The position numbers and the translations under genes are program-made. A model generated the notes under the pieces. The model made no database searches. It was not told where the DNA came from and worked only from the letters and a program-made list of their open reading frames with translations. From positions 124,001-188,000 of IMG/VR virus record IMGVR_UViG_3300045921_000730: a stretch of DNA of 64,000 nucleotides; one strand, written 5' to 3'. The first letter of the stretch is position 1, and every line of letters begins with the position of its first letter. Below are positions 1-9,366 of the stretch, piece after piece.

Positions 1-3000
1 GTATTTGTGCGTCTACACGAGTTGTGTTATCTGTTTTATCAGAAAGAACTTGATCTTCACCGCACTTAATTGGTTTTTTACGAGGAAGTGTATCTCTTGC
101 TTCTTTTATAGAATCTTCGGCTGTCTTTTGTTGAGCTTTGGGATTTAAACCAGCAGCTGGTCCACAACTTGAGCTTGATGTATTGATATTTGTATTTTCA
201 TTTTGATTAACACGCGTAACCGCCGTGTTATTTCTACTTGCTTGCACGTTTGTTTGTCTTGGTTCTGTTACTGTTTGTCTTTTTTCAGTTGCTACAGGGA
301 TTCCTTTTTCAAGCGAGCCAGCCATCTCCATATAACAAAATACTCTCAAATCTTCAACCGTTTTTACACCAACATTATTGTATGTTCGAGCGTTTCCAGC
401 AATTTGATATATCTTTTCGGGATCAATGCCGATTGACGTTAACATAAAATTCTTTCCGTCATTCGCATTAGTAATTCCAACTATTCTGTTAACATGTCTT
501 TCAGCCTCATTTGGGTAAATTTGTGCTAACAAAAATGTCATGTATATATCCCCCGGTTGTGTTATATTCAACGATTTCAAGTCGTTTATGTACTGTGATG
601 TAACAAAGGTTGCTTTAGATGCTTCAAAACGATCTTCAATAATTTTAGCAGACGGTTTTCCTTTTACGACAATCGTAGGGAACTTTTGAAAGTTTGACTT
701 AACATAAGTTAACCATTTTTGTGGATTCCAGGCATATAATCCAGCACCTCTTAAACCTGCAAAAGAAGGATTATAATTTGATAATTTGTATGCTAACAAT
801 GCCAATAACGTAGAATCAATAACACCGCCACTAACTTTGCGAGTAGGAACCGAAACGATAGCATTTTGTACAACCGGTGATGCCTGTTGCCAATTTTTTA
901 CAGACTGAACACCATTGATAGCATTATTAACAAGAAGTGCTTTACTGTCTACAATATTAGTTGGTGCTGCTCCTACATTTGGTTTTTCGCCTTGTGATAA
1001 ACCACTGTCAAATGGTACAACAATTTGTAAATTATTTGTTTGTTCAAAAGAACTTAGTTGTTTTTCGTCTTGTTGTACTACGGTGGGTTCATTATAAATC
1101 TCATTTAATTTCTTTTTCTTTTGAGTTAAATTTTCAAATGTTTCTGGATTTGGAACTGCAACCATATCTAACGTTTGTGTAAACTGTCCATCAACAAATT
1201 CATGATCAATAGCAAAAATATAATAATACCCTTCATACCAAAAATTTCTAGAATAATCGCTGCCAGTTCTAAATGCTTCAAGATCATCGGCACTCGATGG
1301 CATTAATACATTTATTTTAGCAAAGCACGGATAATCACCCATATCTGGGATTGTTTGCTGTTTTGCTATCGTGGGTTTTTCGGAGGCGACATCAAAATCA
1401 CCAATGGTTAAAGGTGTTATTACTGCCCCTGTTGTTGGATCTGTTTTTACTTTGTAAATTGTATCACCGACAACAAATGACAATGGTCCTGACGGGTCTC
1501 CAAGCTTATTTCCGGCCTCCAAAAACGCTGTGTTTCCTCGAATGGTGATTTTTGCTTCGCTTGATTCGAGAGAAGCGTGCTTTGCCATTGTATACACACT
1601 ACCAACTGTTGCGTTGCTGGTTGTAGTATTATTTACTAAATTATTTGGTCGTAATCCTGGATAAACAACAACCTTGTGTGTTTTCTTTAAACCTACATTA
1701 CGTGGTGCTATATCAACAATCTGAAAACGTTTTGGTTGAAGCTCTTCGCCTTGCTGCCTGAATAAGTTTGCAGAAGAAGCAAGTTGTAAATAAGCTAACC
1801 CCATATTCACTTTTATATCAAAATTTAAAACGTCGGTATTCATTCCGGTGTAAAGATAATCAAACTCAACAACGTTTCTTTCTAATAATGTTGGATCAAA
1901 ATTTTGATTGTTTTGATTTTTAATAACAAAATCTAACAAACCAGTTTGTGGCGTCACAAAACGCTTAACGACATACACTATTTGTGTATACGGTTCGCTT
2001 GCCAAAATCCGTCGCACCGTTGACATAATTTTATACTCTATCTTGACGCCCGTATTATCTTTGTCAATTTTATCATTTTTGATCTGAGGCGTCTTTTCAA
2101 GAATTTGACGTATCATTGTCTCGACGCTGCCGCCTTGTGTGTTCTTGATAATACAGGTACAGTCGCAACCACCCTCTTTATATTGTTGCAACGTATCCGT
2201 TGGCTGATATTTTTTTGCATTTATATGATAATATGGATCGACAATAATCTTGTATTCGACTTTTTCATAATTAACTTGACCTTTTATCCCTTCTGTTTCT
2301 TCAACTTTTTTAAACTTATCAACCAACGATTGATAAATATTTTGATAATCATAATTTAACTTGTCTTCAAGCTGTTTCATTACCTCTGGTAATGTTCCTC
2401 GGCAAGCCAAACTTATTCCTTCAAACTGTGAATATTGCGGAAAGCGAGAAACACCATTACTGATAGCAACAAATCCCATATCATAGACGCCACCTTCCGG
2501 TGTATATACAGCAGAAATATCATATGGGATAAACATCAAAGGTTTTAAGTCGTTAATGGGCTCATTTGAAAAATTATTATCATCTCTAAATCCAACAAAA
2601 AATGGTTTAAGAACATAAACAGCCTGTGATGGGTCTATGTTAAGAACGCTTATCGCTCTTGTAATTGTATCAAGAAATAAAATACCTTTTGGTTCTGAAA
2701 CCTTTAAAGTTCCTTCGACTGCTATAGAAGTACCAAAGTCTCCTGGTACAGCATTGGCGGCTGTCATACTACCATACTTCAATTCTGTAATTACAAAATC
2801 CGCATCTGTTGAACCATTTATCAAAACAATATACTTACCAAAAACGGTATCGGATGAACCGCGCGAAGCTGAATTTCCTCTTGAAGATACTTGTATCGTT
2901 TTTACGCCATATTTTGTTAATTTGTTTTCATCAACCTGATGTTCCCAAACATCTAAATTTGTTTGTTGTGAGATTGCTTCTGCTGTAACAGCACTATCAC

Positions 3001-3091
3001 AAACGACCAATGCAAAATAATATCGATATGATCTATAATTTGATAATCTATTTCTTGTAAAACTTTTAGGGAAAGTAAATTTTTGAGCCAT
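1..3091 (-). CDS. Large baseplate hub protein (gp27/late-control-D-like) with a C-terminal SLT-like region; runs off the window edge
   Basis: ATG at 3091 (MAQKFTFPKSFTRNRLSNYRSYRYYFAL...). Absent from the ORF track, consistent with no stop before the left edge; several segments translated by hand are open. Hub-type end motif GYYYIFAIDHEFVDGQFTQTLDM near 1165-1235; lies downstream of wedge/tube-like genes. Confidence 0.65.
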   Translation of the reverse strand, partial: MAQKFTFPKSFTRNRLSNYRSYRYYFALVVCDSAVTAEAISQQTNLDVWEHQVDENKLTKYGVKTIQVSSRGNSASRGSSDTVFGKYIVLINGSTDADFVITELKYGSMTAANAVPGDFGTSIAVEGTLKVSEPKGILFLDTITRAISVLNIDPSQAVYVLKPFFVGFRDDNNFSNEPINDLKPLMFIPYDISAVYTPEGGVYDMGFVAISNGVSRFPQYSQFEGISLACRGTLPEVMKQLEDKLNYDYQNIYQSLVDKFKKVEETEGIKGQVNYEKVEYKIIVDPYYHINAKKYQPTDTLQQYKEGGCDCTCIIKNTQGGSVETMIRQILEKTPQIKNDKIDKDNTGVKIEYKIMSTVRRILASEPYTQIVYVVKRFVTPQTGLLDFVIKNQNNQNFDPTLLERNVVEFDYLYTGMNTDVLNFDIKVNMGLAYLQLASSANLFRQQGEELQPKRFQIVDIAPRNVGLKKTHKVVVYPGLRPNNLVNNTTTSNATVGSVYTMAKHASLESSEAKITIRGNTAFLEAGNKLGDPSGPLSFVVGDTIYKVKTDPTTGAVITPLTIGDFDVASEKPTIAKQQTIPDMGDYPCFAKINVLMPSSADDLEAFRTGSDYSRNFWYEGYYYIFAIDHEFVDGQFTQTLDMVAVPNPETFENLTQKKKKLNEIYNEPTVVQQDEKQLSSFEQTNNLQIVVPFDSGLSQGEKPNVGAAPTNIVDSKALLVNNAINGVQSVKNWQQASPVVQNAIVSVPTRKVSGGVIDSTLLALLAYKLSNYNPSFAGLRGAGLYAWNPQKWLTYVKSNFQKFPTIVVKGKPSAKIIEDRFEASKATFVTSQYINDLKSLNITQPGDIYMTFLLAQIYPNEAERHVNRIVGITNANDGKNFMLTSIGIDPEKIYQIAGNARTYNNVGVKTVEDLRVFCYMEMAGSLEKGIPVATEKRQTVTEPRQTNVQASRNNTAVTRVNQNENTNINTSSSSCGPAAGLNPKAQQKTAEDSIKEARDTLPRKKPIKCGEDQVLSDKTDNTTRVDAQI

Positions 3092-3110
3092 TTTTTAAAA
3101 AATGTAACTG

Positions 3111-3437
3111 TCAAGTACTTTTTGATAAAATTTCTGTCATTAATCTTTCTCTTGTCGGTAAAACAATCGTCTTACCTGCAACAAATTCTTCATTAATGTC
3201 TACAATATTATTGTATTGTAAAATAAACCAAGCGTATGTGGGTCTTCCGTAAACCAACGTTGAAATAATATCGGGTCGTTTGTTGTGCATGTTTTGTAAA
3301 ACAATTGCCACGTCTGTATCCGATTTTTCATAAACGGTTCGTTCCCACCAACCGATACGTGTCGGTAAACTTTCTGCTGTTCCACCTTGAACATATCTAT
3401 TATTTACACCATTATCTGATCTGTAGGTAAAAGCCAT
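3111..3437 (-). CDS. Baseplate wedge protein, gp53/LysM-like
   Basis: RPDIISTLVYGRPTYAWFILQYNNI...GKTIVLP is the LysM-like pattern of T4 gp53-type proteins; baseplate context. Confidence 0.75.
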   Translation of the reverse strand: MAFTYRSDNGVNNRYVQGGTAESLPTRIGWWERTVYEKSDTDVAIVLQNMHNKRPDIISTLVYGRPTYAWFILQYNNIVDINEEFVAGKTIVLPTRERLMTEILSKST

Positions 3438-3450
3438 TCATTGTATCCTT

Positions 3451-4242
3451 TTAAAAATATTCAAGATCGCCGCGCTTATATTGTGAAAGTGAAAACTCAG
3501 CAAACTCTTGCGGTGAATGTGTTTCAGCAAGGTCTATTCCAACCTCCATCCTGAGAGGAAATGGCTCGTTATTATTCAATGTTGGAATATATTCAACGTC
3601 GTCTGGATATGTTATTGATAAATTTGTTAAAACCACCGGTATTCTATTTAAATTTATTAAATGACCTCCTTGGTGTTCTGGATTAGAATAAGCATAAAGG
3701 AATAACACTTCTGGAGGAGCTCCTCTTAATTCAAACTTTCCTAAGTTTCGTCGTAATATATCAAGCTCTTTGCGGTCACGTTCGTTTCTGCTTGTTCTTG
3801 ATGTGGAAAGACTATTAAAATAGCTTGGTTGGTTTGTTTGTTGTTTAATGTTTAAGATTTGTTCTCGTTGGCCATTGTTGATATTAGCACCTCGTGTTGA
3901 TGTTCCAGTACCAAAAAAAGGGTATCTCCATGATCTCAATGTTTGAAGGTCAGCCATACGACGTGTTGCTTCTTCTGCCGTTCGTGAAATAAAGGTTGCT
4001 GTAATCGAAAAAGATCTAGGTTCTGTACCTTGATATATTTGCGTTGCGCCAGGCATCTGTATTGGTCGTACGGGTGTATAAGTTACAGACCCCACTTCAG
4101 ACAATCTCGGTGTATTTTCAAATACCACTTCCGTTTGTAAATCGTTACCTAAAATAGTCCCTCCCAGCCTTGAAACTGAGTTCAAAACGGAAACTAAACG
4201 TACTTTGTACGGATGTCCTACCTGTTGTGTTGGTGTTGTCAT
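3451..4242 (-). CDS. Tube-fold baseplate/tube-initiator-like protein
   Basis: YQGTEPRSFSITATF...GAPPEVLFL...IPVVLTNLSITYPDDVEYI resembles tube-like baseplate proteins; upstream AATAAATA on the minus strand at 4270-4277. Confidence 0.55.
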   Translation of the reverse strand: MTTPTQQVGHPYKVRLVSVLNSVSRLGGTILGNDLQTEVVFENTPRLSEVGSVTYTPVRPIQMPGATQIYQGTEPRSFSITATFISRTAEEATRRMADLQTLRSWRYPFFGTGTSTRGANINNGQREQILNIKQQTNQPSYFNSLSTSRTSRNERDRKELDILRRNLGKFELRGAPPEVLFLYAYSNPEHQGGHLINLNRIPVVLTNLSITYPDDVEYIPTLNNNEPFPLRMEVGIDLAETHSPQEFAEFSLSQYKRGDLEYF

Positions 4243-4281
4243 ATCACTATATTCAAAATATATATCAAATATTTATTGTTG

Positions 4282-4309
4282 TTGACGCCGACGAAAAAAT
4301 CAGTATAAT
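4282..4309 (+). promoter_or_regulatory. Sigma70-like promoter for the gp55-gp47-gp46 operon
   Basis: TTGACG (4282-4287), 16 nt, TATAAT (4304-4309), then a GAGG SD before ATG 4339. Confidence 0.6.
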
Positions 4310-4338
4310 TAACATAAAAACAAAGAGGTAGCATTAAC

Positions 4339-5043
4339 ATGAAAACAAAAACAAAGGCAAACCCCAAAAACGAAAAAATTAAAAATATTAAAAAAAGTGT
4401 AACAAAAACACTAAAAACAAAAAATGCTAATGTAACAGTAACAGATACAACCAAAACAAAAACAACAACCAAGTCTGTCAAATCTACTAAAGTTGTTAAA
4501 GCTACCAAACCTATTAAGCCAACTAAAGCAATTAAACTCAAAAAGGACATTTCTGAAGTTTACGACATAAATGGTTTACAAGAATTAACAAAAGGAAGAT
4601 ACCTAAATAACAAAGATCTTTTAGCAGAAGTAAAGCTTGCAAAAGAAAAAGGCTTTATGACCGATAGATTAGCTAAAATGTTAATGTTGCTGTGTATGAA
4701 ATATGCAAAAAAAGGCAATTTTGCTAACTATAGTTATAATGATGATATGCAAGCATTCGCAATGTTGATGCTCGTAAAAACATGGAACGCATTCGATCCT
4801 GAAAAAAGCGATAATCCATTTGCATTTTTTACACAATGTATACATCATTCATTTATTCAATTTTTGAACCAAGAAAAACGACAACGAAACATTAAAGATG
4901 AATTATTGTTGGATCAAGGCCTAACTCCTTCGTTTGGTTATGAGGCACCAGAAAAAGATTCAGACGAAAACGTTGACTTTGAAGAGACTTTGCCGAGTGA
5001 AGAAACAAAAAATATTGACGAATTAGAACACACAGAAAAATAA
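4339..5043 (+). CDS. gp55: Late-transcription sigma factor (T4 gp55-like) with a Lys/Thr-rich N-terminal extension
   Basis: YLNNKDLL...NFANYSYNDDM...FDPEKSDNPFAFFTQ...EKRQ; adjacent to gp47/gp46; many TATAAATA sites in the window. Confidence 0.85.
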   Translation: MKTKTKANPKNEKIKNIKKSVTKTLKTKNANVTVTDTTKTKTTTKSVKSTKVVKATKPIKPTKAIKLKKDISEVYDINGLQELTKGRYLNNKDLLAEVKLAKEKGFMTDRLAKMLMLLCMKYAKKGNFANYSYNDDMQAFAMLMLVKTWNAFDPEKSDNPFAFFTQCIHHSFIQFLNQEKRQRNIKDELLLDQGLTPSFGYEAPEKDSDENVDFEETLPSEETKNIDELEHTEK

Positions 5044-5047
5044 AATC

Positions 5048-6106
5048 ATGAAAAAACAATTGAAAAAAGCAGCCTGCTTTACTGATATACACTGGGGCGC
5101 AAAAACAAATTCCGAACTTCACAATCAAGATTGTTTAAATTTTATTGAATGGTTTTGTGCACAAGTAAAAAAAGACAAAGAAATTGACCACATATGTTTT
5201 TTAGGCGATTGGTTTGAAAACCGATCTGCAATTAATGTTTCAACAATTAATTATTCGTATAGAGGCGCCAAGCTTCTCAACGAATTAAACTTACCAATAT
5301 TTTTTGTTGTTGGTAATCACGATTTGTACCATCGACATACGAGAGAAATTCATTCAGTTGTCAATTTTAAAGAATTTACAAATTTCAAAATAATCGACGA
5401 TCCAATAATAATTCCCGAAATTGGAGATGGTGGTGCTGTTTTTTCACCATACCTTTTCCATGAAGAGTATCCCCAATTAACAAAACTTTTAAATTATAAA
5501 ACATGGTGGGGCCACTTTGAATTCAAGGGATTCGTAGTGACAGGCTACAATATTATTTTACCGACAGGTCCCGACCCTAAAGACTACCTAGGTCCAAAAA
5601 GAATATTTTCGGGTCATTTTCACAAAAGACAAGAAGAACTTCATGTGCAATATATAGGAAACGTTTTTCCAACAACGTTTGGTGATGCTAATGATGTAAA
5701 TCGTGGTATGATGATTTATGACCACGAAACTGATAAAGTCCAATATAAAAATTGGGAAAATTGTCCAAAATATTTAAAATTTAAATTATCTGACATACTT
5801 GACAAGTCTGTGAAATTTTACGAAAATGCTAGAGTAAAGTGTGTCGCTGATATACCAATCTCTTTTGAAGACAGCACGCATTTGCGACAAACATTTTTAA
5901 AAAAATATAAACTACGAGAATTTACAATGGAAGAGAGCTACGAAATTAAAGCAGCGTTGACAGAAACGGAAACGTTTATTGATATTTCAAACTCAACAAC
6001 ACTCGATAGCGTTGACAATCTCGTTATTGAAATGTTGAAAGATATTAAAAGTGAACATATTAATAACGATATCTTAATCGAAGAATACAGAAAAATAAAA
6101 GTATAA
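5048..6106 (+). CDS. gp47: Recombination endonuclease subunit (gp47/SbcD/Mre11 metallophosphoesterase)
   Basis: Motifs DIHWG, GDWF, GNHD, GHFE, SGHFH. Confidence 0.92.
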   Translation: MKKQLKKAACFTDIHWGAKTNSELHNQDCLNFIEWFCAQVKKDKEIDHICFLGDWFENRSAINVSTINYSYRGAKLLNELNLPIFFVVGNHDLYHRHTREIHSVVNFKEFTNFKIIDDPIIIPEIGDGGAVFSPYLFHEEYPQLTKLLNYKTWWGHFEFKGFVVTGYNIILPTGPDPKDYLGPKRIFSGHFHKRQEELHVQYIGNVFPTTFGDANDVNRGMMIYDHETDKVQYKNWENCPKYLKFKLSDILDKSVKFYENARVKCVADIPISFEDSTHLRQTFLKKYKLREFTMEESYEIKAALTETETFIDISNSTTLDSVDNLVIEMLKDIKSEHINNDILIEEYRKIKV

Positions 6107-6108
6107 CT

Positions 6109-7893
6109 ATGTTAATTACATTCCATTCTGTTTCACTTAAAAATTTCTTATCATATGGCAATGCTCCAACAACTTTCTTATTGGAAAGACCAGGAACAAC
6201 ACTAATTGTTGGTGAAGACCTTGATAACACAACAAATGGTTACGGAACAAACGGAACAGGCAAATCAAGTATCATTAATGCAATCACATACTGTCTTTAT
6301 GATAAACCTGTTTCAAACATTTCTAAAGACAATCTTGTAAACAACGTCAACAAAAAAAATATGGAAGTTGTTGTTGAATTTACTAACAACGCTGGTGTTA
6401 AATATCTTGTTAAACGAACAAGAAAAACAAAAGCTGGTGCAGCCGGAAATGGAGTATATCTTTATGAAAATGGAAAAGATATTACTTTAGATAGTGTTGC
6501 TGCCACAAACACAAAGATTGAAGAAATTATTGGTGTTCCATATGAACTTTTTGTACGTATCGTTGTTTTTTCTGCATCACATATTCCGTTTTTAGATCTA
6601 CCCACAAAATCTCACTATTCAGCAAACCAAACGGATATTATTGAAGAACTTTTCGGTCTAACAGAACTTTCAAAAAAAGCAGCAGCACTAAAAGAAACAA
6701 TTAAAGAAACCGAAAACAAGCTAACGTCTCAAAAAACAAAACTTGAACTACTTGAAAAAGAACACATACGTCATCAACAACAAATTAATTCTGCTAAAGC
6801 CAGAGTTGACGATTGGAATGAAAAAACAGCAAAAACAATTAAAGAGTTACGTTTACAATTAAAACGTATCGAATGTGTTAATTTCGAAGAACAAAAAACG
6901 TTTCATGAAACGCTACGTGCTCTCAACGAAAAAATATCGGAAAAGCTTGATGAAAAAACAAACATTGAAAAACAAATTAAACAAACTTCACTTTCTATCA
7001 AAAAAAATCAACACGAAATATCTCATTTAAAAGATGATAGGTGTCCGTATTGTAAACAGTCATATGCTGATGCAAAACATAAAATGGTTGAATGTGAACG
7101 AAACAATGAACAACTAACCCAAATACTAGAAACTCAACTAGCAACACTTAACAACTGTGATAAAAGTCTTGAGGAACTCATAAAGCGTCAGAAAGAAATT
7201 TCTAAAAAAATAGAAGTTGATGATATTGAAGAACTCATTAGTATTAAAAATAAATCGTCACAGATTGCATCAAAAATTCATGACTTACTCAATGCAACTA
7301 ATCCGTTTATTGAACCATATCAAGAATTATTAGAGACAAAACTTGAAGAAATCAACTACGAAGAAGTAAATTCAACCACAAAACTTATAGAACATCAAAC
7401 ATTTTTGTTAAAACTTTTGACAAAAAAAGATAGTTTTGTTAGAAAAGCATTGTTAAATAAAAATATTCCGTATTTAAATTCACGCTTGCAATATTATTTA
7501 ACACTTCTCGGTCTTCATCACAAAGTTGAATTTACACATGAAATGACAGCAAAGATTTCTCAATTGGGGAAAGAATTAGATTTTGGTAACTTATCTGCAG
7601 GCCAACGCGCAAGAGTAAATCTTGCACTTTCTCTCTCATTTAGAGACGTTTTACAGAGTCTACATACGAAAATTAACATTTGTATGTTTGACGAAGTTTT
7701 AGATGTCGGTCTTGATGCAGTTGGTGTACAGGATGCAGCAAGACTATTAAAACGTATCTCAAGAGACGAAAAACTTTCATTGTTTATTATCTCTCACAGA
7801 GATGAAATTGAGGGCGTGTTTGACTCAAAACTAACAATCCAGTTAAGTAAAGGATTTTCCTACATAAAAGAAAGTCAACTACTAGACGTCTAA
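6109..7893 (+). CDS. gp46: Recombination ATPase subunit (gp46/SbcC/Rad50)
   Basis: Walker A NGTGKS, coiled coil with CPYC zinc hook, LSAGQ signature, Walker B FDEV, ISH. Confidence 0.93.
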   Translation: MLITFHSVSLKNFLSYGNAPTTFLLERPGTTLIVGEDLDNTTNGYGTNGTGKSSIINAITYCLYDKPVSNISKDNLVNNVNKKNMEVVVEFTNNAGVKYLVKRTRKTKAGAAGNGVYLYENGKDITLDSVAATNTKIEEIIGVPYELFVRIVVFSASHIPFLDLPTKSHYSANQTDIIEELFGLTELSKKAAALKETIKETENKLTSQKTKLELLEKEHIRHQQQINSAKARVDDWNEKTAKTIKELRLQLKRIECVNFEEQKTFHETLRALNEKISEKLDEKTNIEKQIKQTSLSIKKNQHEISHLKDDRCPYCKQSYADAKHKMVECERNNEQLTQILETQLATLNNCDKSLEELIKRQKEISKKIEVDDIEELISIKNKSSQIASKIHDLLNATNPFIEPYQELLETKLEEINYEEVNSTTKLIEHQTFLLKLLTKKDSFVRKALLNKNIPYLNSRLQYYLTLLGLHHKVEFTHEMTAKISQLGKELDFGNLSAGQRARVNLALSLSFRDVLQSLHTKINICMFDEVLDVGLDAVGVQDAARLLKRISRDEKLSLFIISHRDEIEGVFDSKLTIQLSKGFSYIKESQLLDV

Positions 7894-7912
7894 AGAACAT
7901 CAGGTTTCCTTG
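7874..7912 (-). repeat. IS200/IS605-right-end-like hairpin remnant (family A, copy 1)
   Basis: Minus strand reads CAAGGAAACCTGATGTTCTTTAGACGTCTAGTAGTTGAC; similar to 12487-12526 and 36006-36045. Confidence 0.55.
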
Positions 7913-7965
7913 CGGGAATTATATGAAAACGGATAAATACAATTTTATCAACGAGAGACACGACA

Positions 7966-8283
7966 ATGAAACTTAATGACATTTACGAAAACATAAAAGA
8001 TGACACCTCTGGTTTGCTCGCTATTGTAAGACCAACAATCTCAAAGCTCCTAGACGCAAAAGAAAAAAGCACCGACCAGGAAAAGTCGGTATTGTTGAGA
8101 AGAATTTCTGCTTTACTTTCCAAGGTTGTTGTAGATGTAATGAATGTTGAAAATCCAGAAGAAGTCAGGGATGTAATCAATCACATTAATGCAGAAATTA
8201 AAAATGTTGGTGTATTAAACATTCCTAACCAAAAACTTAAAGATTTCCAACGAAGACTGGAACAATCTTTTTATACCCTTTAA
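7966..8283 (+). CDS. Hypothetical protein, possible internal head protein
   Basis: 105-aa ORF after GATAAATA (7932-7939); N-terminus MKLNDIYE. Confidence 0.6.
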   Translation: MKLNDIYENIKDDTSGLLAIVRPTISKLLDAKEKSTDQEKSVLLRRISALLSKVVVDVMNVENPEEVRDVINHINAEIKNVGVLNIPNQKLKDFQRRLEQSFYTL

Positions 8284-8322
8284 AATTTTTTTACACCATT
8301 TTTAAATGGATTAAATAGTCCT

Positions 8323-8817
8323 ATGAAATATTTTATAGGGCTTGATCAATCATACAATTCTTTTGGGTGCTGCATTATTGATGAACGGTTCAATTTACTT
8401 CACTACGAAACGTTCGGCTCACCAAAAGACAAGGACATTTTTGAACGCGCGTGGCATCTTACGAGTCACGTGAAGGATATCGTTTTACGATTCCAACCAT
8501 GCTCAATATGCATCGAAGGTCTTGCATTTGGTATGCGTGGCGATGCAACAAGAGATTTAGCAGGATTACAATTTTCTGTTGTCAACATTTTAAGATTTAG
8601 TTATAATCAAAACATAAATGTTATTGCCCCTCTTTCGTTAAAAAAATTTGTAACGAAAAGTGGTAAAGCAACAAAAGAACAAATGGTTGAAGCATTGCCA
8701 GAAAATATTTTAAATAAATTTTTAGAAAAACATAAAAAAACAACTGGTTTATATGATTTATCAGACTCTTATTGGTTATCAAGATATTGTTTAGATAATT
8801 TTAAGGCAAACTGTTGA
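8323..8817 (+). CDS. ruvC: RuvC-like Holliday junction resolvase
   Basis: YFIGLDQS, CIEGLAFG, LKKFVTKSGKATKEQM, DLSDS: RuvC acidic catalytic pattern. Confidence 0.8.
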   Translation: MKYFIGLDQSYNSFGCCIIDERFNLLHYETFGSPKDKDIFERAWHLTSHVKDIVLRFQPCSICIEGLAFGMRGDATRDLAGLQFSVVNILRFSYNQNINVIAPLSLKKFVTKSGKATKEQMVEALPENILNKFLEKHKKTTGLYDLSDSYWLSRYCLDNFKANC

Positions 8818-8847
8818 AACAAAACAACACTAAAAAATAGAAACGCA

Positions 8848-9121
8848 GTTGGTAATACCCTTCTTCCAACCGAGCGACGAACATAGCCAGCAGTATGCTA
8901 CCAAGCGTCGTTAAATAAGTGCTAACTTGGGAGAAGTCATACTTATTTAAAAGAATAAAAAATCTTTTTTTTCTTTTTGGTCTTGTGGGGGAGTTGTAAT
9001 TTTTGGTTTTTCTTTTTACCAACAACAAGAACCCCGAAATAATTAATAATTACAATGTTGTTTGAAAACGAGTGAAGCGAAGTTTTCAAACAACATTCAT
9101 TAAGCACGTACGTGCTTAATG
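8848..9121. other. Non-coding cluster of five inverted repeats between convergent genes
   Basis: 10-bp stem 8911-8950, 16-bp stem 9054-9097, perfect 24-bp palindrome 9098-9121, plus shorter stems at 8848-8870 and 8874-8911. Confidence 0.7.
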
Positions 9122-9129
9122 GACCGAAT

Positions 9130-9318
9130 TCAATAGATCGGATACATTTTTTCTTTTTCCTGTTCGAGCCTCCGTTCAATAAATTCCCCTATTAGGGAAC
9201 GCTCAAATCTAGACATTAAAAGCATATCGTGGTATTGAATAGAACCACGCATAAAATATACCAATTGAATTATTTCATTTAATATTGATTCAGAATCTTT
9301 TTTCATCTGCTGAAACAT
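9130..9318 (-). CDS. gp51-like hub/tail assembly chaperone; probable C-terminal part of a -1 frameshift product
   Basis: EIIQLVYFMRGSIQYHDMLLMSRFER pattern; in the -1 frame relative to the upstream ORF and open from the slippery site. Confidence 0.65.
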   Translation of the reverse strand: MFQQMKKDSESILNEIIQLVYFMRGSIQYHDMLLMSRFERSLIGEFIERRLEQEKEKMYPIY

Positions 9319-9366
9319 GTCCCTTACATCTTTAGGGGAGCCATGTTTCAGCGTTATGTAAAAAAA
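9309..9366 (-). promoter_or_regulatory. Programmed -1 ribosomal frameshift signal
   Basis: T TTT TTT (9366-9360), 7-nt spacer, stem GCTGAAACATG/CATGTTTCAGC (9352-9342 with 9319-9309). Confidence 0.75.

Noticed and set aside
203-2939. Short plus-strand ORFs in the first 3 kb
   Set aside because: Shadows of the long minus-strand hub gene.
8801-9179. Minus-strand ORFs 8801-9028 and 8943-9179
   Set aside because: Low-complexity translations of the hairpin/T-tract island with no start signals.
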